This document shows, one piece after another, positions 51,001 through 62,902 of a stretch of 64,000 bases of DNA. Made by a program: the position numbers and the translations under genes. Every line of letters begins with the position of its first letter. Position 1 is the first letter of the stretch. Origin of the DNA: Oculina patagonica (taxonomy: Eukaryota); contig NC_135759.1 in assembly GCF_052425735.1 (NCBI RefSeq), forward strand, positions 310,001 to 374,000, read 5' to 3'. The notes below the pieces were generated by a model, which saw only the letters and a list, made by a program, of their open reading frames with translations, made no database searches and had not been told where the DNA came from.

Positions 51001-52817
51001 GGCAAGGGAAGTCAAATGTGCTTGCAGGAAGAGGAGAGGAGACTAGAACTGCAAGTCCTGTCAATGAAAAGGTCCCATCAGATGAGGGCAGCAGAGCTAA
51101 AGAAGGAAAGAGCAAGATATCCAGAGTAAAAGCAGAAAGTTTGAGTCGAGATGATGGCCGTCTGTCTCCTAAAGTAGAAGAAAACAGTCACAAAGTGAAC
51201 AAAGTGACTAAAGTGAAAGTGGAAAGTACAAGTCGAGGTGAGAGTTCTGCTTCTTCCTTAGCAGAGGACAAAAGCAAATTGATTGTTCAAGCTAACAATA
51301 CCAGCTCATCAGGAGAAATGAATGAAAATTCAAATCCAGTTCATCTTTTGCCTGCAGCTGAGGAAATGGGTTTTTCCCAAGGTGATGTCACTAGGCTGGT
51401 AGAAGTGAAAACGGAGAAAGGTATTGAAAGCGAGAGTTTCGTTTCCTTGGAGAATATAGTCAAAGTGAAGGAGGAAAAGAGCGAGACATTTGGAGTGAGC
51501 GAGCAAAATGAGAGAAAGAATATTCCATGGCAACAAAAAGAGGAAGTCAAAGCAGGACTAGGGGTGAAGCCTTTAGATGACTGTGGTAAACAAGAATCTG
51601 AGAATATTCTGTTGAGTGAAGTCTCTCATATCGACACGGGAGCTCAAAGAAGTGATGGCTTTCAAACAGCAAGGAATGTTGAAGAAATGCCTCAAGGACA
51701 GAGCGGAATTAAAGAAAAGTCTAGTGTTAATTTGACAGTCTCTGCTGATGAAAGTAAAATGCAAGAAAGTGTTGAAAGATTGGAGTTTGTAAAGGAATCC
51801 GCCGAAAACGTGGTCGGGGTGTTGGATATCAAAAGTGATGAAAAAATCGCAGCTAAAGCTGGTGGAGTTGCAGATAGCGGTGCTTTAGAACATGGTGGAA
51901 TGAAGATCACTGACCTTCCAACTACTCAAGGTTGCACTGAAAAGGTTGTCGAAGAATTGCCATCAGTCGTAAAAACAGAAGCTGGCGAGGTGATCACCAC
52001 AAGTGATGAGATCCAGAGGCAAACTTTGCTAGAACAAAGCCGTGAACTCCATTCCCGACTGGAAGAAGACCCTGTTGAAAGTGAGCCTAGTCTTGGAAAG
52101 TTAAGTTCAGTGGTTCAGTCCTTAACAAGGGAAGACTTGGGCCAGGTGTCATCAACTGGTGAATATTCCGATGGCGAATCAGACATCTCCGAGGTATCAT
52201 CTGTTCACACGAGTGACTTGTCGTCATTTGACGAGGAAATAACTTCTGTGAGCGAGTCTTATGACGAGGACGAGGAAACCCGCGAGGGTGAGGCTGCAGA
52301 GAAGCGCGAACGTGGATCAGATGACGATAAAGAGACAACAATGCCGCAAAGCCAGCAAGATCCTAATGCACCGCCAAAGCGTCGCTCTACAAGAATCAGC
52401 TCCCGCAGAAGCACAAAAGAAGGCGACAGCGAAGTCTCAGAGAATGAAACCAGTAGAAAAGAAAGTCGAGATTCCTCGCATAAACGAAGGCATAGCGAAA
52501 AAAGAAATAAAAAACCACGCCCCAAGACTGTCAAAGAACAGGGTGTACCTGGCATTGATAAGCCCCGCAGAAGGGGTCGTCCTCGTAAGGATGAAAGGCG
52601 TGCGTCTAGTCATGCTGATAGCCAGATCAGGCGTTCTAGAACACATGATCGAGAAGACAGCAGTACAGCAGTGGAGAGAAGTGGCAGTGATTCCAGAAAG
52701 TCCAGGAGTACACGATCTCAAAGACAGATCAAACGAACTCGCTGCTACTCGCCAAGCAGCGAAGGGACAAGAGAGGTGTTCTTGCCGCGTAAACGAAGCC
52801 GTGATGATCCCATTTAA
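45004..52817 (+). CDS. BOD1L1: Biorientation of chromosomes in cell division 1 family protein (Shg1 domain, long low-complexity tail, AT-hook)
   Basis: Exons 45004-45135 ...IVQHVKSQGMFDQFRRDC; 49424-49548 SYRQLKQRVESHVATFLSKQTW...KNQVRDSLRKHI; 50633-52817 SEVLERGIKQLISQ..., with acidic/serine tract and PRRRGRPRK. Confidence 0.88.
45787..47991 (-). mobile_element. Crypton-type tyrosine-recombinase DNA transposon, apparently intact
   Basis: Terminal 142-bp hairpin 45793-45934, 13-bp inverted pair tttattatatggc / gccatataataaa flanking the ORF, short direct repeat taaaata at both ends, CCAAT box upstream of the ORF. Confidence 0.8.
46295..47761 (-). CDS. Crypton tyrosine recombinase (DUF3504 / KIAA1958-QRICH1-ZMYM-like), 488 aa, intronless
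   Basis: Uninterrupted ORF with GDEYEPSTL, LHFGFRARDE (R), TKTRKG (K), NHSVRKT (HxxR), SGHKN (H), LQSY (Y), i.e. the full YR catalytic set. Confidence 0.88.
   Translation of the reverse strand: MSDEDSHSESEFYYPEEDEQAKTEQNNMANVATHGDENSSNSQEELQKFVQEQKSENTVKKTTSDVKCFYRFLGSINKRNVQILDLPPEELDHLLGKFFKDVRKVSGDEYEPSTLTGFQRSIQRFLSDSGSKMNILKDDEFAFSRKVLEAKRKNLVVHGKGNRPNATRSLTKEEEDKLFQSGAFSAENPVALQRTMWWILSLHFGFRARDESRKLCWGDVSLQTDPIQDGREMLVWLNERGTKTRKGEENGHRRPFSPKAYATNTERCPVQFYKLFKSHRPDEMNKPDAPFFLAVRHGDRRVNPEVWYMKAPLGKNEIGKFLKTAADEASLQRQGSKVTNHSVRKTSIGRLLDANTPETFVAQLSGHKNLQSLQSYKSANEHHQRQMSNILSGSGQSQNAQQITAPPVSSGGQLMSNSQQSHSQLSLQHTTNSLAVNNTSVPAASNGVFPGANISSISGCHFHIFNGPVKFIQQGKKRRYVIESNDED
49121..49393. mobile_element. 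MITE
   Basis: TIRs atgcacctatcaatggtttgccccagga ... tcctggggcaaaccattgataggtgcat. Confidence 0.8.
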
Positions 52818-54855
52818 AACATAGCAAGCAGATAGAATTTCTTATTCCTCCTTTTACTAAGAATGCAATTTCCTCTGCAGAACTGAGAAAATGACTCCTT
52901 TTTTCTTTGCTACACGCAGGAAAGGTCTCTTTTCCGCTTGAAGCAAAGAAAATAGGAGACGTTTGCACACAAGCTAGGCAATGGACGGCAATCTTGACGA
53001 AGTTTTTTGCAGCATTCGACTAAAAACCAAGACGAAACCGACTCAAAGTGGTGTGTAAATCTTAGTATTATGTTTCTGTACAGCTGATGATTTACCTTGT
53101 ATAAATAAAGATCTTTTGTTTTGTTTGTATTAAATATTGTCTGGCTGCTTCTGGGATGGAGCAGGGGTGGGGTGGTGGTGAGGGGTGTAGAGGGAGAGGG
53201 CTGGGCACAATCTCTTCAGCGACCCACAGCACTGCAACTATCTTCAAGTCCCTATCCTTTCTCAATTATGTACCCCTCCCAGGGGATCAAAAGAGTACCC
53301 TAAAGAAAAAAACTGGTATACCCTATAAAGACTGCCTAGAATAACTGTAAAAACATTCAGCATGGAAGAAAAACAGCAGTGAATCTCATCGTTTAATAAC
53401 TGTCACTGTACAAATTTACAGGAATGGAGCAGCACAATTATTTACTCAATAATAATGTACAACTAAAAATGTGTCGTGAATGTGCATATAATATGTACTA
53501 ATAATAAAAATGCTGCCGGTCTTTCCTTGAAGGAACAATGCATGCAAATACGAGGATAGTTATAAAGGAGTAAATCAATCAAACATAGACGAGCTCAAAA
53601 GTTCAATTACCACTTGCAGATTGTCATTCATAATACTTGGTGTGAGTAAATTCTGACCTGAGTAAGCTCTTCTAGTCACTTAACTTGCTAACAATAACAT
53701 TGCTGTCATCTTTTCACAAATTCATATAAAACAACAAGGCTAATAATACCCATTTCCCATTTGAGCCTCCTGACATACTGTTACAGTTCTAGAATACATG
53801 TATAAGGTAAGATCCTTAATTTGAGCCTTCTTTCTACATCCAGAGTACGCCCTTCGTCCCCCTCGTTTTTTCCTCGCTCTTCAATTACAGGGGTGTGTCC
53901 ATTTGTAGAGGGTCAACATGAGTTCCCTTCTCCAAGGACAGTTGAACCTCTTTAATACGGTCCTTATAATGGAGATGTCCGTATGCACTGTATTCTTGGA
54001 AGAGTTTGTATAAATTTTGGTCTCTTTTGGGCAAAATAAACAGTCTGCAATAGGGAGGTGTCTCATTATAGAAGTGTCCATCAGGAGAGGTTCAACTGTT
54101 TCTGAAATTAATGTACGTGGCTATAATTAAGCCTCTCTTAGAGTTATCAGGGTATAAGAAATGAATTTCAGCTATTTGCAGTACCTAATCTACATCATTT
54201 TATTTCGAGTCAACATTTAAAAGGTTGATACTACTGTCTACAGTTATCTTCTAGGCTTGTTTTAACACTAGTAATGTGCATGTTCGGTGTAGATGTGCCA
54301 TTGACCTGAAAGTCAAAGGCATTGCTTAAGAAAACAAACCTTCTAGATAACTTTTGTAAATTACATCTAAATTTTAATAATTTGCTTAATAAATCATTGA
54401 CAAATTGATTGTTACATAGAGGAGAAACTGTTTGCTTTTGAAAATTAATAATACCATTGTAAAACAAAAAGAAATCGAGAGAACTTCCATTCTTTTATAA
54501 GTTGTTAAGCAGTTATGCTTAGCTCCAAAATTAAAATTTCAATTTCTTCATTTCTTGGAATGCTAACTGCAACAATGAGGTATAGTGTAGCAGTTGTTTG
54601 CGGGCATTATTCCTGTTGTTTGTTCCATTGTTTTTTTCTTTGAAGGGTAGTGAGCAATTCATGTTAATACTTTGTGAGAACTGCTACTGTATAACTGAAC
54701 CAGCAAGAAAGTATTCCATCAGCAATTCTTTCAGTGCCAGAAAGAGTCAGAATGATACATTTTCCCTTGATGTTGTGGAATGCATCATCTTCAGCAGTCA
54801 ACAAATCCACAATTCAGAAATAAAAACAATACTTGTGATATTTACTGGCCAGGTG

Positions 54856-57800
54856 TTACTGAAGCGAACAGAATGAACTCTTTGTTTGAGTAGGTGCAGC
54901 TCTTGATGGCATTTCATGATTGCTATATTGAATGATGTCAGCTTTGATGACTTTCTGTATATTTACAATAAGGTCAAGGAAAAACACCCGGCAACTTTAT
55001 TAAGTTTCTTATTCAAACAGTTACTGTTAACTACACAGCAACCCAGGCTTTTAACCAGGATAAAATCTTTATAAGGCCTGACTTTGTGGACTAGGAGGGC
55101 CTAAAGGAGCATTCAAGGTGTTTTTCTGTAGTTATGAGTGCAAAGGTATCTAAAGATTTCCAATGCTAAAAAAACCTCGTTTACAGTTATTCATATTAAT
55201 TTTTTTCTGGAAAGTGGCCATCCATAGTACTCTCTTTATTCTGACCTGGCTAAAGCCCGAGAATGGGTAATTTGGGACGAATAAATTGTGGATGTATGTA
55301 TGTATAAGTTAGCAGTCTGTTAGCAAAGGATACAGATTGTTGATCCATCTCATTCTTCGTTAAACGTATTCCCAGTATTTCAGCAGCTATTTTTTGAAAA
55401 CAAAGGCTGATCTGAAAGTGAATGGACAATAATAATTAGTATAAAAAATAATGTGATAATTTGACCTTTGTTTATGATCATATAGTTGGTGATGGCTGTG
55501 TACGTTATGAATCCTTGAAACTGTACTTTTAGGTTATTGACCAGACTCGAGAGACAACATGTACTGGGTAAACAGTTAGGGTAATGAACATTTTAATACT
55601 ATTAAAATAATAATAAAAATAAAATTAATTAAGATAAAAATCTTTGTGAACTGACCTGATCTGCTGTTTTTGCAGACACATAATAACTGAAAGGCAAAAT
55701 AAACTTGTTAATAAAATAATTTCCAAGTTATTAACGTCCTGATGGTTAGGATCATCCAAGCCAAGATTGGTTTTGGCAACTAAACCTGACACATTATTTA
55801 TAGAAGGAACGTTGTAAGAACTAAAGAAACTCAGGGGATTAACAAAATGTACATGCTGTAGATGGTATTACTAATTAAAAGAGTTAAATGTTTTCCCATA
55901 ACATACCGAGGCCAATATTCCACTAAAGTTTTACCTTGACATTCCATGTTCCTGGGCAAATTTTCCATGTTTGTCTGACCTTACCACTCTTTGATGCTCT
56001 AGATCAACTAGTGTAAAGAAAACAAAAACTTCACTTGCAAGGCATAGTTTTTAAATTTATAAAATGACTTCTTTAACATGACCAGTACTGTCTATACATA
56101 AACCCCCTCCCCCCCCCCACGACAAAGTCATAAGTAGAACCCTTTATAGTCAATTTCAGTGCAGTGTATAGACCAAGGTTTTTCAAACATCAGTTGACCA
56201 TGATTGTTAATTCATCCAAGGCAATCATGAAAGTGGCAATAAATAAACCTGATGCCTGCACAAATTTGGACAAACTTTAGTTAACTATTTTTTATGGCTC
56301 ACTGAGCATAAAATTTTTGTTAATAAAACACCATAAAAAAATACCGTACAGTACATGCCACCCTGCGAGCAGAGCCCTTTCTTTTCCACTGATACACTTG
56401 AGAAGAAAAGGGCTCTGCAAGAATCGTGTAAAATCTTTGTTGAGCATGCGCGAGGTTTACGCGATGCTTGCGCGTTTAGCTTGCGAGGGCTGCACGAGCT
56501 TGTGCGAGGACGATTTAATCTTGGCATGCGCACGCGGAATGGCGTGACGGATCGCACACGACAGCGTGAACAAAGTGTTTCTTTAACAAGTTCTTTTTTT
56601 TAAGAGCATCTGAATTCCTTCAGTAAAAACACGTCAAGTACCGCTTGAGGTATTATTAGTGAATTTATGGTAGAGATACATGTGCGATTTTAACAGTGAA
56701 ATTTCTTCTTGGTTTGCGAAAAAAGCGAGATCTTAAATGATCCAAAAGCTGCACGCGCGCACTAACGGTCGCAGATGGCGAGAGCATTCGTCAGCTCTTG
56801 TGCTTTTGAGAGCGTACTGTGGGCTCTGTCTTGACCGTCAATTTTTCCAAAAATTTATGCCTGCGCAGCAAAAACCGGTTTAATCCGGGTTGACCAGCCC
56901 AAACTTTGGGGCTGCGGCGACTTCAAAGAAATGACAAGATTCAGGCAGAGCCTCTTTCTTCTTTCCAAATCTCAACCGAAGGGAAGTTTAAAGAGGCTTT
57001 GCTCGCAGGGTGAGTACATGTACCTTTTGGTTTGTTACATCATAAACAAGTAATTAATACAGCCTATAATGGAATATCACACACAACATGAATAAGGACT
57101 GAGAACCTCAAAACCATACCCTATCTCATGGCAAAGTGAAGTCATTTCTGACAACTTAACTACTCATAAGGGTTCAATTTGTAGCAGTTAAAAATACAGT
57201 GTTAAGAAGTTGTGGCCATGGAATAAAATTTTTTATCGCCCATCATTGGGCTAATAATGGATGGTCAAATGATGTTTTGAAAAACCAGGGCTACATACTA
57301 CGCTGAAATGAACTGTAATTTCAAAGGCCACTTTATTTTGGCCCCAATGGAAGGTCAGTCACCCATTTCTTTCATTTAGAACCCTAGCCCAACTCTTAGC
57401 ACAGTCGTACTGTTAACATGACTGCATACGGATGGTCTGTAGGTGATCAGACTGAGTGTTAACAACAGAGTTATCAAAAGTGAACTATTGCAGTTTCAAA
57501 CTTACCTTTATTTGCTACAAGTGCTATGTGAGGTAATCTAGAGCCATCTTTTTCACAAAGCTTTTTTACTGTGTCATACCAATCTTCAAGGTTATCAAAG
57601 CTGTTTTGGTTTGTTACATCATAAACAAGTAATACAGCCTATAATGGAATATCACACACAACATGAATAAGGACTGAGAACCTCAAAACCATACCCTATC
57701 CAATGGCACATATTTTCCATAGAATGGGAATCCCCCCTCACCCCCCCCCCCCTGGCCGGGTTCTAAGGTCAGTTTTTTATGCTACCCTAGTCTACTGGAT

Positions 57801-59106
57801 TAACTCGACTTTTATTGGATAAACTACCTAATATTAGTTCTTTATTGCGCGGGTACTTAATTTCACGATTTTGGCGAGACAGCATTTCGTGGGTTTTACA
57901 TGTATTTTCGGGATTTGGACAAAAAGTATGTTTTAAAAAACATTACAAAATATGTCAAAAAAACGTTAAAAAATACATTTCACGGATCTTTTATGTTGCA
58001 AATTTTTTGAGAATCATAAAAATTGTGAAATTTAAGACCCGCAAAATTAAGTACTGGATAGTTATTTATTTTAATTGATAAAAATCGTTATCCATGTTTT
58101 ATACAGCCAGAACAAGGCTCTTTTTTCAGGATAACCAACAATTTAACAGTACTTAAAAAAAGTCAAGTTACTAGGACTTAACAGATGTAAATAGTTTGGT
58201 TTTTTGGTCTAAAACGTCGCGTTGGAAAATTTTTTTTTTATAACTTTTTTATACTATCTCTTTTATTATTTATATTTTTTTTTTTTTTTTTGTTTTTTTT
58301 TTTTTTTTCCCCAAAATAATTTTGGGGAAAAAAAAATAGGAGGATAGCAACTTGTGCTATGCCTAGGAACAATATCATAATCACTTATGTTTATTTACAT
58401 GAAGAAAGCTGGAATATCAATATAAAAATTCAACTGGAGGGCAGTATGTTTCATCTTGTCTGATTAATTGTAAATATTCTTTTGAAAATTTAGATCATCG
58501 CCAGAAAATGAAATTTCGAGGGCAATAATAAAATTTTAAGGGCAATTAATTTTAGATGAAAGTTGATACGTATACCGGCACTTTTTACTTACATGGGCGC
58601 CAAATATATATTTATCTATCATTTTTCCTCCGAGGGTTTGTCCTCCAATGTCCCACACTTGTAACGTGACATGAACATTGCCTAAAACAAATATAAAGAG
58701 CGTATGGTCATGATAAGATTCAATTCAACATTCACAGCACCTGTCAAAATATTTCAATTTCAGACCATCGATTCTTTTCAAATCATGCATGGCCATCATT
58801 TTAAGTCCAGTTTCAATACAAACCTGGCAAAACAATTCTCGCCAGAAAGAAATCCAGCCCTAAAGTTTGCTTGTAGGCTTTGTCGAAGTTCTCCTGAGAA
58901 TACCTCACACATATCGAAGTCTAAAAATGAATGTGTAACACAATTAGACCAGATAAAGACAAATTTCGAGCAACCGCTCGTATCAACCGAACTGCAAAGG
59001 GCTTCAGTAGCTTATCTACAGAACTTACTTTTCCCGATGCACCATCGCCTAAAAGAACGAACTTAAGCTGATGGTCTGTCGGCGTTTCGTCGTCTGAATC
59101 AGTCAT
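54856..59106 (-). CDS. RAB28: Ras-related protein Rab-28
   Basis: Exons 59029-59106 MTDSDDE...[13 protein letters not shown]; 58824-58920 [10 protein letters not shown]; 58593-58681 [23 protein letters not shown]; 57506-57638 ...ALVANK; 55935-56007 DLEHQR; 55657-55686 VSAKT; 55335-55411 [12 protein letters not shown]; 54856-54955 ending CSLQ (CaaX). Confidence 0.96.
56360..57012. mobile_element. MITE in RAB28 intron
   Basis: TIRs caccctgcgagcagagcc ... ggctttgctcgcagggtg. Confidence 0.7.
57025..57125 (-). repeat. ~100-bp local duplication of the RAB28 exon 4 acceptor and 5' part
   Basis: Identical to 57604-57699 except for a 4-bp (taat) insertion. Confidence 0.9.
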
Positions 59107-59272
59107 TTTAATCAATCGCTAAGCAGCAATCCGAAGTTTGTATTTCATCCGAAACTCTCAGCCATGTTGATTCCTCAAGACTTTGTGTTTGTCGTGACGT
59201 CACACGCACGGCAACAAGTATACGTGCAAAAAAGTCGCGGGCTCAAGTAGTAGACAACATGGCGGCGCGTAG
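59107..59272. promoter_or_regulatory. Bidirectional promoter RAB28/TMEM53-like
   Basis: ~150 bp between divergent first exons, perfect CRE tgacgtca at 59195-59202, caacatggcggc followed by a gtaag donor. Confidence 0.6.
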
Positions 59273-60161
59273 GTAAGTGTGTCAAGTGTGTTCAAATTCT
59301 TGTTGTTGTTTTCCCAGAACAGCTTTGCTATTATTAAAAGTTTTTTTATGAATTATTCTGCGGTTAAGTTGTGGAGTAGTGACCGTTTATTCTGGGATTC
59401 AAAAAGACATTTGGATTTGAAACGGTTGTAACAAATATAAATGAAGGTTTTTATTTTATTTAGCTTATTTAGTTATGTTATTTATTTACTTTATTATTAA
59501 ATTTTTATTTAATAATGCAAAAACCTTCACTTCTGAAACTGGGAATATCAAATGGCTGAATTTTGCATGCACAAATTAGAAATGAACTTTCAAGGGACCA
59601 AAAGATGAGAATAACAATTAAAAAAAAGATCTTAGTCATCTTACATGTACATGCAGACAAGTATCAAAGATCTTTGTAATGTTCCTTCAAGATCCTCAAG
59701 ATTTTGACGAGGATTTTACCAGGGCCTAAAATTATTAATTCTTTGCAAGAATCTTGAGGAATCCTTGCAGGATTGTTGCAAGATTTTGTGCAGAATCCTT
59801 GAAGAACCCTAACTGAGTTGTGAAAAGTGTCGCAATTCAGCCTCTCTAGGAGCTGCTATGATTTTACTTTAAAACTATCCAATCTCTACCTCTTTTGAGA
59901 TTATTATAGACAAAGATCCTCAAAGATCCTAACAAAAATCTTTGAAGATCCTTGAAATATGTTTGCTACTCTGGAACATGCCAAACATCAGTCAGTAACT
60001 GTAACATGGGAAGTTTGTGGTGGTAAAGAGATATTTTGTGGATTTAGCTGGGTGTTTTTGAGGTAACAGTAAATTATAAAAATTGAAACTTTGTTTTCTG
60101 TAATATATTTTTAGATAAAGAACATTCCAAATTAAGGTGGAGGACATATCTTGTTGTGGCA

Positions 60162-61079
60162 ATGGCACTCCTATCTCTGAGAACCAAGAAATGCTTTACA
60201 CTGTGCCAAATGTGTCATAAATTGATGTCAGTACCTCACAGAACAACAATAAGTGAGTCCACCCATTTTCAAGCCAAGTGCAAAAAGATTGGTGCTGTTG
60301 TCACTAGAGTGGGAACAGAGAGTGCAAGTACATGCCCAATTGTCGCTCTCCTTGGCTGGAACAGTGCACAAGATAAACACCTGGCAAAATACAGTGAAAT
60401 ATTTGAACAGAAAGGCTTTGATACTGTGAGAATACCCGCTAACCCTTATAACACTTTCATTCGTTTGAGCAAAGTCAAGGAGATAAGTATGGAGTTGTTG
60501 GATATACTTGTAGAAATAAAATCACAACAAAACCAACCATTCATCCTCTATGCGTTCAGCATGGGAGGGTTTAATATGTATTACTTCATAAAACAAGCAA
60601 TAACCACCCCAGAGCATAAGCATTTCAATACAATTCATGTCATGGGCTGTATATTTGACAGTTGTCCTCATTTTCCTGGCTTTCACAGTCTGAAAGGTAT
60701 TCAATCAACAATCTTAGAAACCATCCCAAATCCTCTAATTAAGGTTCCTGTGTGGGTTGGATTGGCTGTGGTAGTTCCGCCAGTCTTTTATTTTACACCC
60801 TATATAAAACAACTTATACCAGGAACCATTTCCTCACCCCTGGGATGTCCAGAATTATTTTTGTTCTGTAAAACAGATCCCTTAGTCCCTTACAAGGATG
60901 TCCAGACTTTTATTGACGCACACAAGAATAAAAACATCAAAGTGTTTTCACAGTGTTGGGAGGTATCAGGTCATGTACAACATTATAAGAACTACCCTGA
61001 AGAATATCTAAGAGAACTCAATACTTTTACTGACTATTGCTTAAAACAGCATCTGACTTCAAAAGCATCTAAGTTATAG
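60162..61079 (+). CDS. TMEM53: TMEM53-like DUF829 alpha/beta-hydrolase-fold protein, single coding exon
   Basis: LLGWNSAQDKHLAKYS, YAFSMGG, IFDSCP, LFLFCKTDPLVPYKDV, SGHVQHYKNYPEEY motifs. Confidence 0.8.
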   Translation: MALLSLRTKKCFTLCQMCHKLMSVPHRTTISESTHFQAKCKKIGAVVTRVGTESASTCPIVALLGWNSAQDKHLAKYSEIFEQKGFDTVRIPANPYNTFIRLSKVKEISMELLDILVEIKSQQNQPFILYAFSMGGFNMYYFIKQAITTPEHKHFNTIHVMGCIFDSCPHFPGFHSLKGIQSTILETIPNPLIKVPVWVGLAVVVPPVFYFTPYIKQLIPGTISSPLGCPELFLFCKTDPLVPYKDVQTFIDAHKNKNIKVFSQCWEVSGHVQHYKNYPEEYLRELNTFTDYCLKQHLTSKASKL

Positions 61080-61435
61080 TAATCATTACAATAGAGACAA
61101 AATTCCATTTGTCACAAATTTGAGGTTGTAAGGCTAACAAACTTAATTTCCACTTTAAATACTCTTTGGTTATTATTATACTCTTAAGTTAGGATAATAA
61201 TTGTTACCTATATGACACCAATTTCAAAAGGTATTTTCTTGGCTTTTACTCCTTTTGCAAGGAACATTTTTCTTTGTTTCATGCTGTAAATAATCTAATC
61301 TGCCTTAGTTAACTGTACACGAATTTGTGTAAGAACTTGGTAAAGTTTCTCTCCATTTAAACATCGAAGTAATGTATTTTCTCTTACGAGCACTACTTCC
61401 CACTCACCCAGAAAGATGCTTAAAAAATACCCTCA

Positions 61436-61466
<31 letters not shown>

Positions 61467-61982
61467 ACAAGCTGGGGGGTATTAGTAGAGGATAATTTAT
61501 ATAACTACAAGTTTATTAACATCCATTGGACTTCAATGGAAGAGTAAAGTTACATGTTAGTTCAGATCTTGACTCGTTCACTATGTAATAGCCAAGAACC
61601 CTATGTTATTATATTTAAAAATATTTTATCATTGTCTAAGTATATATATATATATATATATATTTGCTAAATTTTTAAAGAACATTAAAAATAAATGCTA
61701 CTATAAAAGATGTGTTTCTTATGCACAAGAACAAAAGATGATGCATTATTCCTCATAATCTAGCCCCAAACATTGTCCATATAAATGCATGGATAAAGCC
61801 AATACTGTACAATCGAACTTTTTTTTTAGCTGCAGTTTATACATATATAAAGTTGGTTCTAACTCGCTCTCTCATTGGTTGTTTCGTGGTCCGCATTGAC
61901 TGAAGTTGTTTTGCACAGCGGAGACAAATGAACAAGCGATGACACGATCCCCAGCCACAAAAATGACCTTGCTCTCAGTGTG

Positions 61983-62071
61983 TGGCTTCATAGCTCAGTT
62001 GGTAGAGCATCGCGCCAGTATTCGCGGAGGTCACGGGTTCGAATCCCGATAAACCATGAATTTTTTTCAGG
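61983..62071 (+). mobile_element. tRNA-derived SINE head
   Basis: tagctcagttggtagagc (A box), gggttcgaatccc (B box), T-run. Acceptor stem and anticodon arm do not fold canonically. Confidence 0.7.
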
Positions 62072-62079
62072 CGCCTTTT

Positions 62080-62301
62080 ACGCAACGTGTTGCCGAACAC
62101 AGTTCTCAGAATTTGTCAATTGGAAAGCACATGTTGAACACGCACGGGATCTCAAAACCGGAGCTAACTTACAACTTCTCAGTTTTAAAGAAATGTCGCA
62201 GCAAATTCGATTGTCTCATCAACGATATGCTAATTATTCGAGGCCTAAAGCCAATTTTAAACGTGCAAAGTGACTCCATCCGCGCGAAAATATTTACATA
62301 A
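62080..62301 (+). mobile_element. Penelope-like element GIY-YIG endonuclease C-terminal fragment
   Basis: QRVAEH...IGKHM...FSVLKKCRSKFDCLINDMLIIRGLKPILNVQSDSIRAKIF. Confidence 0.75.
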
Positions 62302-62902
62302 CCATGCAGCAAATGTCTATTATACTATATTCTGACTACACTCACACGAGACATTCAATGTGAAGAGTTTATTGAGGATGCGTCAGTCAGTCATCTGATG
62401 CAAAATGTATCCTAATACAGTCATCTGATGCAAAATGCATCCTGAATACAATCTTGAATTTAGCAAAAAAGAACAGTTCGTTCTAAGAGTGTTAAGGTGT
62501 GTGCTACGCCAGATACGAAAAAACCACTAAAAACCACCCTTTAGAAGTGGCCAAAAATAAGTGGAAAACGTATCCCTCATCTAATGCAGCAGCACGAGAC
62601 CCCGAGGAAAGGGCACTAAATAATCTAAAGAATTTTTCAATAGACTTGTTACAAAAGCTGAACAAACAACACTTTAAAGAAAAAAGAAAAGCAAGCGAAG
62701 ACGAGGACTGACGACGTAGAATGACCTAAATCTCCCGCCAAAACCTATATATACCTAGACATCCCATAACAACCCGCGAACCTCTCAATCGTGCCATCAG
62801 AATAGTAATTTCTGTCTAATTCATTCATTCAAACGTCAGAAATTACATTTTCCACAAACTAATTTATATTCACACCAGACTCACACCACGATACAACACT
62901 TT

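Noticed and set aside
50738-52968. Alternative-frame and antisense ORFs in the BOD1L last exon
   Set aside because: Expected by-products of a long low-complexity coding exon.
52818-54855. NK3-type homeobox between BOD1L and RAB28, as in vertebrates
   Set aside because: No homeodomain-like ORF is visible. The region looks like two 3' UTRs and a small MITE.
58190-58340. Extreme T-rich tract in a RAB28 intron
   Set aside because: Low-complexity sequence, possibly low-quality consensus, with no interpretable structure.
61983-62055. Functional tRNA gene
   Set aside because: A/B boxes are present but the acceptor stem and anticodon arm do not fold. Context is a SINE-like repeat.
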